NCBI RefSeq assembly: GCF_001447785.1
Contig: NW_015161423.1
Coordinates: 622,700 to 686,699, forward strand
Source of the DNA: Gekko japonicus
Lineage: Eukaryota
DNA length: 64,000 bases
Direction of reading: 5' to 3'
Shown here: positions 50,335 to 63,809 of the stretch, piece after piece
How the letters are laid out: every line of letters begins with the position of its first letter
How positions within the stretch are numbered: the stretch's first letter is position 1
Program-made: the position numbers and the translations under genes
The notes under the pieces: model-generated
What the model saw: the letters and a program-made list of their open reading frames with translations, nothing else
Told to the model about the DNA's origin: nothing
Database searches by the model: none

Positions 50335-51304
50335 NNNNNNNNNNNNNNNNNNNNNNNNNNNNNNNNNNNNNNNNNNNNNNNNNNNNNNNNNNNNNNNNNN
50401 NNNNNNNNNNNNNNNNNNNNNNNNNNNNNNNNNNNNNNNNNNNNNNNNNNNNNNNNNNNNNNNNNNNNNNNNNNNNNNNNNNNNNNNNNNNNNNNNNNNN
50501 NNNNNNNNNNNNNNNNNNNNNNNNNNNNNNNNNNNNNNNNNNNNNNNNNNNNNNNNNNNNNNNNNNNNNNNNNNNNNNNNNNNNNNNNNNNNNNNNNNNN
50601 NNNNNNNNNNNNNNNNNNNNNNNNNNNNNNNNNNNNNNNNNNNNNNNNNNNNNNNNNNNNNNNNNNNNNNNNNNNNNNNNNNNNNNNNNNNNNNNNNNNN
50701 NNNNNNNNNNNNNNNNNNNNNNNNNNNNNNNNNNNNNNNNNNNNNNNNNNNNNNNNNNNNNNNNNNNNNNNNNNNNNNNNNNNNNNNNNNNNNNNNNNNN
50801 NNNNNNNNNNNNNNNNNNNNNNNNNNNNNNNNNNNNNNNNNNNNNNNNNNNNNNNNNNNNNNNNNNNNNNNNNNNNNNNNNNNNNNNNNNNNNNNNNNNN
50901 NNNNNNNNNNNNNNNNNNNNNNNNNNNNNNNNNNNNNNNNNNNNNNNNNNNNNNNNNNNNNNNNNNNNNNNNNNNNNNNNNNNNNNNNNNNNNNNNNNNN
51001 NNNNNNNNNNNNNNNNNNNNNNNNNNNNNNNNNNNNNNNNNNNNNNNNNNNNNNNNNNNNNNNNNNNNNNNNNNNNNNNNNNNNNNNNNNNNNNNNNNNN
51101 NNNNNNNNNNNNNNNNNNNNNNNNNNNNNNNNNNNNNNNNNNNNNNNNNNNNNNNNNNNNNNNNNNNNNNNNNNNNNNNNNNNNNNNNNNNNNNNNNNNN
51201 NNNNNNNNNNNNNNNNNNNNNNNNNNNNNNNNNNNNNNNNNNNNNNNNNNNNNNNNNNNNNNNNNNNNNNNNNNNNNNNNNNNNNNNNNNNNNNNNNNNN
51301 NNNN
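50335..51304. other. Assembly gap (970 N)
   Basis: Run of N. Confidence 1.
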
Positions 51305-54300
51305 TTTGGCCCAAAGTATTCTTGCTGCTGTTATTACATATGCAATTACATATTTTTCATTGAAAGATAGCTTATCTGGCATAACATTAAGTAGAAATAT
51401 GTCTGGTACCATTTCTAATTTTACTTTCAAAATTTCCTCTGTAAGATTTTGTATATTTTTCCAATATACCTGGATTTTTTTTACAGCGCCACCACATGTG
51501 GTGAAAGGTTCCTACATTTAATTTACATTTCCAACAAACATTTGAGCAATTTGGATAACATTTGGCTAGCCTTTCTGGGGACCAGTACCATCTATGATAC
51601 ATCTTGAATACATTTTCTCTGTAATTTGTTGCCCTCATATATTTTACAGATTTCCAAATCTTTGACCAAGATTCTTTAGATATTTCGTGGCCTAGGTCTT
51701 TCTTCCATACTGCTAAATTATGGTTTTGCGTTTCTTCTGGCAAATAATCCTCTAACAATAGTTTATACAGTTTCTGGATCATTTTATCGTTTGATGAGAG
51801 CCAGATTTTATCTAGCTCGTTTTTCTCTTGGTAGAAACCCACTTTCAGATCTATCTGAAATCTTGATTTTAACTGGATTTTTTCCCACCCCGATAATTTC
51901 AAATTGCATTGTGACAGTAAAGGCTCTTCCGTTTTCAGGTGGTTCGTCTCGTCTAGTAATGTTTCATACGTTTCTTTGTTATACTTGGTAAGGAAGGTTG
52001 GTCTTATGAAGGCTTCCAAGGGGGATACCCATTTTGGTATTTTAGTATAAAATTTAGTTTTAACTTCATTCCAGACCTTTAACAGAGCCGCCCTTAGGAT
52101 ATGATTCTTAAAATGTAGGTGAGTTTTATCTTTCCCGTACCAAATATACACGTGCCAGCCCATTACTAAATCTGCTTCTTCTAGATTTAGGCCCCTCACA
52201 TCCTCCAGCTTGATCCAGTCCTTTATCCAATCAAGGCAAGCCGCTTGGTAGTATATTTTCCAATTTGGTAAGGCAAAGCCTCCTCTATTCTTTCCTTCTT
52301 GTAATAATTTTGCTCTAATTCTTGGTCTTTTAGCACTCCAGATGAATTTTTTGGTTATCCTCTCTAGTTCCTCCAGAAACTGGTTTCTTCTCAAAACCGG
52401 GATGTTCCGGGCCAAAATTAGAAATCTCGGTAAGATATTCATTTTAATCGTTGCAACTTTCCCTGATATTGAAAGGTGCAGTTCTTTCCATTTATTCAGG
52501 TCTTCCCTTATTTCTTCTAACAGTTTGGAGTAGTTATCCTCGGTTAGAGTGCTGTTTCTATTTGTCATTGTTATGCCTAGGTACTTTATTTTTTTAACTA
52601 TCTCCATCAAAGTTATCTCATGTAGTTGTTGTTTGGTGGCTATGTCACAATTCTTTGTTAATAATTTAGTTTTTTTGTAATTTATTCTCAAGCCGGCCAC
52701 CTTCCCATAATCTTGGAGGACTTCTAAGAGTTCTTGGCTAGAGTCTTTAGGGTCTTCTAATATGAACAATAAATCATCGGCAAAAGCCAGCAGTTTATAT
52801 TCCTGGCCTTTTATTTTCAGGCCTTGGATATTTTCATTTTGCCTTATTAGGTCGTTAAGTGTCTCCAACGCAAAGATGAACAGTAAAGGTGATAGCGGGC
52901 AGCCTTGTCTTGAGCCTTTTTGAATTTCAATGCTCCGCGTTAGGTCCCCATTTATTATTATCTGGGCATGTTGTTTTTCATATATTGCTTTAATAATCTT
53001 TCTAAATTTGTCGCCACATTCTGTTATCTCTAGTTTTTGCAAGAGAAAGGACCAAGATAGATTGTCAAAGGCCTTTTCTGCGTCTAGACACATTAATGCT
53101 AGTTGTTTCCCTGGTTGAAGTTCATAGTACTCTAACACATTGATGACCGTTCTTATATTGCTTTCCATTGATCTTTTAGGTAAAAACCCTGATTGGTCAT
53201 GATGGATCGTTTGTATCAAGACTCTTTTCAGTCTGGTAGCCAGGATGGTTGCGAATATTTTGTAGTCTATGTTTAAAAGTGATATAGGTCTATAGTTTTT
53301 TATCTGGTTCTTCTCTGTCTCTGTTTTTGGTATTAATGTTATGGCTGCCTGCTTCCATGATTCTGGTACTTTCCCTAAATCCTCTACCATCTGTATCACA
53401 TTCCTCAATGGGGATAGCAGTTGTTCTTCAAACACTTTAAAGAATTCGGCCGGGATACCATCAGGGCCCAGTGCTTTCTTGTTTTTTTGCTTCTTTAGTG
53501 CTTCTGATATTTCAGCTACTGTAATTGGGTCGTTGAGGATATGTTGTTGGTCTTGGTTGAATTTTTGTTTGTTATTTAATTCCAAGTATTCTTTAATTTT
53601 AGATTCTTCTTCTATATTTCATTGGTATAGGTTTTTGTAGAACTTCTCCGCAATTTCTTTTATGTCTTGCAGTTTAAATTTTTCAATGTCATTTTCATCT
53701 TTCAGAATGACTATAGATCTTTTTTCTTTTTCTTTTCTTAGTCTGTACGCTAGCCATCTTGAGGACTTGTTCGCATTTTCAAAATGGTATAGTCTTGCAT
53801 ATTCTATCTTTTTCGCCAATTCTTGAGTTAATAACAGGTTTATTTTATGTGTTAGTAATTTTAGCCTGATTAGTATCTCTTCCTTTTTGGTTCCTTTTTG
53901 TAACTCCTCTTCTTGTTTTTTAATTTGTTTACCTAATTCTTTGTACAATGCATTTCTTTGTTTTCTTTTTCATGCATCTTGGTTTATGAACCAGCCTCTC
54001 ATATATGCCTTGAATGTTTCCCAAACTGTTTGTATGGATACATCTGGTTGGATATTTTGTGTAAAAAAATCTTTAATTTCTGCTTTTGTCCTTTCCACAA
54101 ATTTTTTATCTTTGAGTAGTAAGTTACTTATAGTCCATCTGTTTCTTTTTTTAGTTTCTTTAAAGGCAAAAAGTATTGGGTTATGATCAGCAAATGTTTT
54201 TGGCAGTATTTCGGCCTCCAGAAGATCGCTCAGCAGTGTTAGGTTTAACCAAGCCATGTCTATACGTGACCAGGAATCATGCCTGTGGGAATAGAACGTG

Positions 54301-55460
54301 AAATCTTTTTTATTTATATTTCTTACTCTCCAAGTGTCTAGTAGGCAATATTCCTCTGCCAGTTGTAAAAAGCTTTTGGGTAGTCTTGGTCCCGCTTTTG
54401 TGTTTTTAGTATGTTTTTTCCTATCGAATTCAGGATCAAAAACTGCATTGTAGTCACCTGTTACACAAATGTTGTTATATCCTTCAACTCCAAGTATTTG
54501 TCTAACCTTTCAAAAAAGGTTTCCTGGTTTTGGTTAGGAGCATAGATATTGATTAGTGCTGTTTCGGTTCCATTTCTTACAATTTTGATTGCTACAATTC
54601 TTCCATCGTCAGATGCATGTATTAGTTCTGGGTTTAGGTTGTCTTTAGCATATATCACCGTACCATTCTTTTTTTTGTCACTTGCCGCTATAAATTCATT
54701 CCCAAGTTTTTTATATCTGAGGTATCTTATATCGTTCTTTTTTATATGCATCTCTTGTAGGCAGACTATGTCTGCCTGCATTTTTGTAATTTGGTGGAAA
54801 GTCTTTTTCCTTTTTTGAGGGCTGTTCAGTCCATTCACATTAATTGAAAGTATTTTAAATTTTTTAGTGTGTTCCAGTGGCCCCATTGTTTTTGTTGTCC
54901 TTATTCCTATACCTAAAGCGTGTTAACATCTGAAATGCGGCTACTGCCTGTTTTTTTCTGTCTTTCCTCATTGTTGTTTTCTTGGCTGTTCCCACGGCCT
55001 GATCCTCTCTGTGTTCTCCTTCCTCTGCTTCGCTTTCTCTGCTTTGTTCTCCCTCCTCCCTTTGCCAGCCCAGGTCTTCTCCATGTCTTTCCAGGAAGTT
55101 CTGTAGTTTAAAGATAGAATCAATTCTCTGTCGCCTTCCTTTGAATTCAAAGAGGATTCCTTCTGGGATCAGCCATCTGAATGTTATCTGGTTGTTTTTT
55201 AGTAAGTCAGTCAAGGCATAGTATATAGATCTTCTTTCTCTTACCCTCCATGGTACTTCTCTTAATAGTCTTATTTCCGCATTTTGCATAGTTACTTTAT
55301 TCTCATATGACGCTCTTATAATTTTCTCTTTGGTTTCACATTTATAAAATTTTACATGGACTTCACGAGGGACTTTATGCTTTCTGGCATAGCTGGAATT
55401 TCTTCTGTATACGGATTCAATTTCAGCTTCAAGTTCTTCTTTGGTAACCAAAGAAGAACC
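51305..55460 (-). mobile_element. L1-clade LINE, 5'-truncated within ORF1, with nearly complete but disabled ORF2
   Basis: ORF1 C-terminal part (PREVHVKF). ORF2 has APE endonuclease (SINVNGLNSPQKR, CLQE, NIYAPN, ADHNP), RT (YRPISLLN, DAEKAFD, RQGCPLSPLLF, FADD) and CCHC CWKC...HMWWRC. Stops at 53970-53972 and 53619-53621; frameshifts near 54490 and 51478. The 3' end is in the gap. Confidence 0.95.
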
Positions 55461-57656
55461 TACCATGAAAGGATTGTATTGTATCCTCCCTGTCAAACCT
55501 TTTAATTGGCCTGTGGCATGTCATAGGGTACCTTTACCTTATCTTGCTTTTTTGTTCCCTAATATATTTGATAAGCCATTTAGTTTGAAGCTTCTGTGGC
55601 TTTTATGATCCTTACCTTGTTTTATTGTGCTGCTAATTTTTTTTGATTGCTTATGGGTAGGGGTGGATCATAGGGTTGAGTCTCAGTGGTTCTGGGCTCT
55701 TAGGTTAAATCATTGGGGCATGCTTCTTAGCTATAAGAGTAATTTAAAAATGGGAGAAATTGTTAAACTGAAATTGCAGAACCTCCATTGCAGTGGTTGA
55801 TAAGCAAGTGGTTTCCATTTGTTCTTCGTACAGCAATTTTCATACGTAAAACTTTTTACTACTGTTGCTGAGTTTGCCCTCACAAAGCTTCCTGAAGGAG
55901 GGCACTGATGGCTCCAGTTTGCGGACAAAAGACTGAAGTTCCCCTTTCCAAGGCAAAGATTGGACTTGAACCTGGGTCTCCCAGAGCCAAAGTCTGTTCC
56001 ATAGAACAACGCATGGCTGTCATCAGCAGTAGAAGCCTTTATTATAATTAGATAAGCTTGGCAGATAGTCTCTGGTAGATCTAGCTTTGACTCATGAGTT
56101 TGAAGCATTTCTCTGTGAGCCATTTCACAACTTACACAGAGATTGACCTGCAATTGACAGTGAGTGTACACTCAACGAACAACTGCAGATAATCATGGCT
56201 CTCTGTAAAGTGTTATCTGTATAGAATATCTATTTGTAAATATGAACATATAAAGCTTCTTTATACAAATTCAAGCCATTGGCCCATATAGCTTGGTATT
56301 GTCTACTGTGACTGTTAGCTGCTTTCCATGGCCTCAGACGGATACAGATCTTTCCCAGAACCTTTAACTGGAAATGTCAAAGATTGAAGCTGGAATTTTC
56401 TACATGCGAAGTATGTCTTCTACCACTGAGCTTCCGGCTCCTTAGCAGAATGTGTTTGCCAATTCACTCTTTACATTTTGAAGTGAACCATACAGAGGTG
56501 GTTTCTCATGATGATCTTTTGGTAGTTCTGAAGAATCCCTTTTCTACATCATGGTTAGAACAGAATTGAAGTGAGGGTTCTAACAGCATGTTATAGTGCT
56601 AGGTTCCCCTTACAAATCTGGCAATTCCTGCCCCATGGCAAAAGCCTCCTGTAGGTCTACTCTGAAGTAAATCTTTAGCAAAGACCTCTTCTGGCCTTTT
56701 TCTTTTCCTCCCTGAGTTTTTAGCCAGATAAATTAATTTCTGTTCTCTCCCAGCTGGCCATTTATTCTATGGAACATGAACAGTTAATTATCAGCTCTTG
56801 TAAGGAATAAAAGGAATGCACTATTTTAATTTGTATCAAGATAAAAATCATTGTTCATAGTAAGATGATAATTACAAAGGTTCAATAATAAAAAACGAGG
56901 GGGGAATCAATGTTTTGGCTTGCTACAAAGCCATAAAACAATTATTATGCCTATCCCCAACAAGAGCAGAAAATTAAGTATTTATTAATGAATGCGGCAA
57001 GAGGAACAGCCAGCCAGCTGGAAGGAAATAACTAATTACAATGGAATGAGAAGAATAACATGAAATGTTAGAGGAACAGTAGCCCTAGAAAGTTTCAATG
57101 GTGATTTGACTGTCTACACTGGACAGCCTAACATTGCAATTGATTTGAAGTTTTAAAAAATGCTATGAATTAGGTATTTAAAAAATGCAAGGAAACAAAA
57201 CAAGGAGTACTGGAATGCAATGTGCTGACCGTGATGTCATCTACTTTGTCTGTACAAAGATGAGTAAATTAATCATGGCAATTACAGGCTAATCATCTAA
57301 GTTCAGTTCATACAATTAAAATCTTATTCCGTACTGTAAATCCTGGAAAGCAAGCTCTGCATCCTAAATGGAAAATTGCCATTATGGAACTGACTATATA
57401 TATGGAAGGTCCAGGCCATGTCTTGTTCCCCCTGGTGATAGGGTTACCAATCTCCAGGAGGGGGGCTAGCAATCTTCCATAATTACTTCAGATGACAGAG
57501 ATCTGTTCCACTGAAGAAAATGGCTGCTTTGGAGGGTGGATTCTATGGTATTATATTCTGTTGAGGTCCCTCTTCTCCTGAAACTCCACCTTCCCCAGGC
57601 TCACCCTAAAATCTCCAAGAATTTCCCAACCTGAAGTTGGCAATCATACCAGGGAA

Positions 57657-58221
57657 CAGGGGTCATTTTGTTCAAAAAGAGGTGCAGGAGCTCATTAGCA
57701 TAGCTCAGTAGCATAACTTATTTGCATATGCCCCACCCCCTGACATTACCGGAAGTGTGTCAGAAGGCAACACACACTGCTCAGGCTCCACTGGACTGTT
57801 TTGGATTGCTAGCTATGGGGGGGGACAACACGCAGATCTGCCCTCACAGAGGAGGGAGAACTTGTACCTGAATAATACTTGGTCTTAAAGCTGTCACTGG
57901 ACTGTTTTGGATTGCTATCTATGGGGGGGGACACACGCACAGATCTGTGCAGGAAGGAAGGAGGGAGGGAGGGGAAAAGGGAAAGAAAGAGAAGGAAAGA
58001 AGGAGGGAAAGAAAGAGGGCAAACAGATGGGGAGGGAGGGAGGCTCTCCCACCCACCCCCATCAAGACCCCACCATCCCCCATGACCCATCCCCCCAATC
58101 AAGCCCCTGCCACCACTTCCACCCCACACCAGCTAGGTGCTGGGAAAGGTAGGGGGAGGGGCCCTGGGCTCTTTACTGCTGGAGCTCCGCTCCTGTGCGC
58201 TCCTGCAGGAAATGACCCCTG
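57657..58221. mobile_element. hAT MITE (same TIR family as 16741)
   Basis: TIR CAGGGGTCATTT/AAATGACCCCTG and TSD ccagggaa/cctgggaa. Confidence 0.82.
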
Positions 58222-59560
58222 CCTGGGAATACTGAGATCTCGTGGGAAGAAAATTTTAATTGTGTGAAACTTCCCAATAGTTTTGTGTAACTAACTACCC
58301 TTGAAATACCTGAGGTAGTTTAAATCAAAAGTCTTTAAATGAGGGAGTTCAATGAATGGGAAAACAGGGCAGAGAGAAAATAAATTAGTTGAGGGATAAA
58401 ATATTAAGAAAGAGGACAGCAGAGAGAGAGAAAAGCAAAAAAGAACAGTAGAAATGGAAATATTCTCAGCTGCCAGCAGTTGTTCTCATTGTGTAATGGT
58501 AACACATGCAGGGTTTTATGGGCAGTCTGTGGCTGAAATGGCAAGACCTCAGTGCCTTCTCATTAGATATGTGTAATTTGAGAAGCTTGTTTTCTGAGGA
58601 ACTAAAAACCATAGTCCCTGTAGGCCAAAGCCTATTCTTTTGTTGGCACTTACAATTTAGGGCCTCCTTTTTTCAGTGAAAATTGTGGTTTCTTCATTAG
58701 CTGTCCTTGCAGTGTTTAGAGACTTTTCTCTCCAAAGGACAGAACATGTCACTGATACAAGGTTGTGTGTGTGTGTAAATCAAATAAAAGGTTAAATTTT
58801 CTTACAGAGGGATTGTTAATCTCCCTAGATTTTTTTAATCAATGAAAAAACTGAATTGATTTCATTCTGTAAGAGTCCTGGAGTTGGTATCAATTAATGC
58901 CGAACAGCTTGGAAGGCTGGGGTAAAAGCCATGATGAGGCAGAAGTTCTCACTAAGCAGGCAAAGGCCTTGTTTTCCATCACATGCAGGAGTAGGAGGAT
59001 GATTTCATACATGAGGCCTTAAAGATGTTTTTGCCTCAGGAGTTTGTAATGCAGAACACCTGTAAAACCCATATTGATCAGAGTGAGTACAGATATCTCC
59101 CACTCAAATACACTTTTATTCCCCATTAGGAATGCTTATACATTCAAACAAAGGTTTAATGTTTGAAAAAGCCAAGAAAATTGAGTCAAAATTTGAAAAA
59201 ATAATCAAACAAATACATCTGAAAGGAATAGTTTTCAGGCTTCCAAAGTAATAAAGCACCCCCCCCCCAAAGGCCTCAACAAGGCACAAAAAATCCCAAC
59301 GTAAAAATATTTAAATGTCTGGGCTAGATAACCAGAGAAAGACTATATTTGTTTAGTAATTGTAAAAAAGAAGAATCACTGCGTTAAAGGCATAGGAGAG
59401 TAGTGATATTTGTAGGGCTTCTCCTTTCTAACTTTTAGCAACACTTAACTAGACAGGCCAGCAACAGTGTTGTGAGATTTAAGTATACTTCATGTTATCC
59501 ATAAAAATTGCACCTCTTTGTATCTGCTTCTTCTTGCATTTCTCTACATCTTATCCTCAG

Positions 59561-59623
59561 GGCGAGGTGGGTGAAACTGGCTTAGCTGGTGCCCCTGGTG
59601 TTCCTGGACCTACTGGCCCAAAG
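59561..59623 (+). CDS. COL13A1: COL13A1 exon (GEVGETGLAGAPGVPGPTGPK), 63 nt
   Basis: cctcag|GGC...AAG|gtaact. 7 Gly-X-Y triplets. Confidence 0.9.
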
Positions 59624-60471
59624 GTAACTTCTGTATTGCATGACCAACCTCCCATATTCTCAGTTCACCTTAATACTACTACAGCATGTATTCCTTGTAC
59701 AGTTATATACAACTCTTTAGAATGTGATACAGATGTTAAAGGGTGACAACTGGTTTTTTTTTGAAGATGATAAGACAGTGAGCAGATACAAGAGAGAACT
59801 AGGCTCCCTTACCTGTAGTAGACGTATGGGAATTAACATTTAAACAGATTCAGCTTGATAATTTGATGAGAGAAGTTTTCTCTCACTAAAGCTCCCTGTC
59901 ATGTCTGTCTGTTAAAGGTGGCACAGAGTCCTCTATTCCTTTCTATTTGTTTACACTAGCTGACAATGTGTTTTCCTTTTAACTGACAAGTTGCTTCATA
60001 TGAAACTTAATATGACTATTTGAGAATCTAAATAAAGCTGCAATTCGAAGCATATTTAATTAAGCTACTGTTCTGTGCAGCCTGAAGAATGACAAATATC
60101 TGATGTTTTGAGAATTACCTGAGGGTTGACCAATTGTCTTATTTGCTGGTCATTTTAAATGACATGGGTTGCAGTGCAATTTGAAAAGTAGTGGAATCTT
60201 TCCTTAGTTCATGTCTGCAGTGGGATATATGTCAGACACTGATAATACACGACAAAATATTATGCACATTATGGGGTTGCTGCCAAATGCGGACATCCAT
60301 CCTAGTGACATCCTAGTTCTCCCCATCCCCATAATGTTTAAGTATGCTTGCCTGTCTTAATCTCATCATATTGTGTATTTCCTCAGTTTTGTATTGGCTG
60401 GTGGTTGCAGGAAAATATATAGCATGGTGACGTCAAAATACGGGAAAGTTGCCTAAATTTTATGGGGGTGA

Positions 60472-60745
60472 AAGAAGAAGAAGAAGAGATTGGATTTATA
60501 CCCCGCCCTTCACTTGGAGTCTCAGAGCGTCTTACAAACTCCTTTCCCTTCCCCTCGCCACAACAGACACCCTGTGAGGTGGGTGGGGCTGAGAGAACTC
60601 TGACACAAACTGCCCTTTTTCAAGAACAGCTGTGCCAGAGCTTGTGACTGACCCAAGGTCACATCAGCAGGTGCAAGTGGAGGGAATCAAACCCGGTTCT
60701 CCCAGATTAGAGTCCGCGCACTTAACCACTACACCAAACTGGCAC
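60472..60745 (-). mobile_element. Squam3-like SINE, inverted relative to the 13523 copy
   Basis: (GAA)n tail; reverse complement of the 13523-13780 family. Confidence 0.85.
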
Positions 60746-61006
60746 TCAACAAGGGGCTGCCAACAAGAACTCAACAAGGGGCTGCTATTTTCAGCAGACA
60801 TCTCCTGTCAAGTATAACATCCAGCTCCACCCTTAATATGCTAATGAACTAATGCATGGTGTGTACAAACAGATAAATTGATTGTAATGTTAGATTGTTT
60901 GTTCTGATGAGCTTGTCAGAGAATCTTTCAGAAAAGGATATTTTGTTGTTGTTTGTTTGTTTGGGATGTCTCTATTCCTGCGGCTTAAACTGGTTTGTTA
61001 GTCATT

Positions 61007-61354
61007 GGCTGAGTTTAGACGGGCAGTTTGCCCCGACGTAGGCTCGTGTGGGGAACGTTTCACAACCGGATTAAATGGGCCGTTTACACAGGCACATCTG
61101 TCTGGCATTCCCCACCCGTACTCAACCTGTCTTGTAACGCTTCGCTCCCGAGTTTAAAAGATACCTGGTGAAAGTGGTAGCAAACCCCGGAAAGCGCGAT
61201 TATCCCGCGTCCATCCCGCACCAACAAAGTGTGAACGCCAAAAGCCGCATTTTTCTTATGCGCTGCAGTGTGAACGGAAAAGCTGCAACAGTTTGTTCCG
61301 GGTCTTTTTTGCCACGACTCCCTCCTGCTTCAAACGGCCCGTCTGAACTCAACC
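61007..61354. mobile_element. PIF/Harbinger-like MITE
   Basis: 24-bp TIR GGCTGAGTTTAGACGGGCAGTTTG / CAAACGGCCCGTCTGAACTCAACC and 3-bp TSD ATT. CpG-rich. Confidence 0.72.
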
Positions 61355-62407
61355 ATTCTGTCTCCTTAGGGAGACTTTGGAACTTTTCATTCTGTGAGTT
61401 AGGAATATGTGACAGAAGCTATTTAGCACCCTCACAAACCAATTCCCAAAATTTATTGAGGGAAGCCATGACTCTTAAACTGATGTAAAACAAATATAGT
61501 GATGAACTTTATTCTGTGCTGTATTCTGAAAATTAGAATGTTTTCCTCTTCCCAATGTTTAATCTATATTTTGTTCTTTTTATAATAATCTGATTTTTCC
61601 TCATTTGGCATGGTGAAAGAAAGGCCAGTCTTACCATTCTCTTCATAACAACCTTAGCTTTCACTTTTCAGCACAAAAATATTTACATTCTTCAAAATAC
61701 TTTGTCTCCTATATCTAATATTGCCTCTTTTGGAACCCATACACATAGATACATGCCATTGCTTACAGAGAACTGTATCTTTCCTGGTCACCCCATCCTC
61801 CTTCTGTTTCTGAAGGAGATGGGATTCATCTCATAAGATTTCCCTTGTGACAGTGAATTTGAACTTGCCCAGGCACTTGTTCTCTGGTTGTACAAAACAG
61901 CCAAATTCCAAAATGCCTCAGTTATATGTGTATATAATCAGAGAAAATTTTCTGCACATATATGGTTGGAAACATTTTTTTGGCTCAGAAGTGATGTAGT
62001 AGGAGTGATTATTGCATGGGCTCATTTCTCCCCCTGTCTCATTATCGCAGTCCTTAATTTGTAGAAGTATAGATGCAAGTCTATTTGGAAATATTGTCTC
62101 ATCCTTAGTTAATCTTTGGTGCAAGAAATTAAGTCTGTAATTGCTCAGAAGTGCTTTCATTTCTTCTTTCCTTATATGTTCCAGGTTTGTGCCAGGGATG
62201 AGCCATTGCACAAATTAAGCCCTGTGCAGCTACAGTCTCTGGTCAAATGCCTTTTGTAGGGGTTTAGCCTTTATGAGAGCTAATCTTTTAAATCTGTCTT
62301 TAATTTGTTGTTGCAGCTGAAATTCTAATTCTTCCTGATTTCTCTTCATATTCAGCATTTCTATCTGTGTTTCCTCTCTTGTTTCTGCATTTTTTCCCCT
62401 ATCACAG

Positions 62408-62434
62408 GGTGGAAAGGGAGAACCTGGTATGAAG
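62408..62434 (+). CDS. COL13A1: COL13A1 exon (GGKGEPGMK), 27 nt
   Basis: Long pyrimidine tract, tcacag|GGT...AAG|gtaggc. Confidence 0.9.
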
Positions 62435-63675
62435 GTAGGCAAGGAAAATACTTTTGTGTCAGTTGGCTTGGAAAATGTTGTTACTCAGAACAATGTATTG
62501 TTATACAGACTTGGGTCCAAGGCAGACCTGTGGCCTATATAATGTCATATACATCTGTTTTGTGATTAACCACAAGCAGACACTAGGCACACTAGGCACA
62601 CACAATGATATACAGTGAAATCTGCCTTTATGAGCCTGGTGGAATTTGACTCTCACCAAAGACATTTTTGACTGCCCAAGCTGGCTTATGTTTTCTTGCT
62701 TTTCTGTGACTGGTGAGATGGTTTGGGATTTCTTTTCAATCTTTGCATAGCTGACATATCAAATCTGCTCAAAGTCAGCAGATCCTGAGGTTAAGGTCTA
62801 GCATAAGGTCTATTAGCAGATCCTGAGGTTAAGGTCTAGCATATTTTCTTCTCTTTCTCTGTTCCTCAGATCTCTATTGAAGGGCTAACATGCCCATATG
62901 TTACCTATTCAATTAAAATGTGTATTGAACCTCTGCATTTTAAATATATTGCTGTGTTTAAAGTTATTTCAACTTTGGCCTAGATCCACAACAGACAAAG
63001 CAAAAATGCATTATGCTGTACATTTTAAGTGTCCTGGGAACTGATTCTCAGATTACTCGGTATAAATGTGAATAAACTATAAATCCATGTAAAACTGGCT
63101 ATGTGAGGGTATATATACCAGGATACTTAGATCTACATTGATGTGCCAATACGTGCTTTTGAATAAAAATCTACATAGTGATTATTTTTCTTCTTTCTCC
63201 TTGCTTTTATTAACATACACCTCCTATTCCTTAGTGCCCATGAGCAAAATATAAAAAGTGGTACTAGGAAAGGAAAATTGTTGCTATAATCTGCCATGCC
63301 AAAGAGCTGCTTTTTATAAACTGCAGTCACAGACGATGGCCTAGAATTGCCTAATAGTGAATTCTGAGACCAAAAATTGCATGAACTTTATAAAGCATAG
63401 TAAGATTGGAAAGTGGTTCTAAATCTGTCTTCCTCTATGGCCACTGATTTATTATGAAACCCGGAACAAGTACATTTACAACTGTTCTGATCCTTTTAAT
63501 TTATAATTGCTTTTATATCTCTCCCCCCCCCCATGCATGCTGATAATGGAAGAAGGGCTAAAAATTAGTTCTTTAAGTGGAATGTGTGAATTTGGTTTAA
63601 GTAGATTCCAAACTGGCTTATTCAAACTCTAAGCAACCAATACTGGATAACAAAATGATGTATAACTATAGATTT

Positions 63676-63677
<2 letters not shown>

Positions 63678-63711
<34 letters not shown>

Positions 63712-63712
63712 A
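63678..63712. repeat. (TTG)n microsatellite
   Basis: Direct inspection. Confidence 0.95.
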
Positions 63713-63809
63713 TTGTGTTGCTTTGGAAACCTTCAGACAGAATCATGTGATAACATTTTGATAACTGGAGCATAAAGCCATCGATTAATTTTGTATTGTC
63801 TGTACGGTG

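Noticed and set aside
50251-51521. Four long ORFs (352-396 aa) in the ORF track
   Set aside because: Artefacts of the N gap. Only the minus-strand stretch ending ...ITAARILWAK is meaningful, as the frameshifted L1 ORF2 C-terminus.
62775-62845. Short tandem duplications (also near 32450, 47640 and 60750)
   Set aside because: Ordinary slippage-type duplications with no sign of function.
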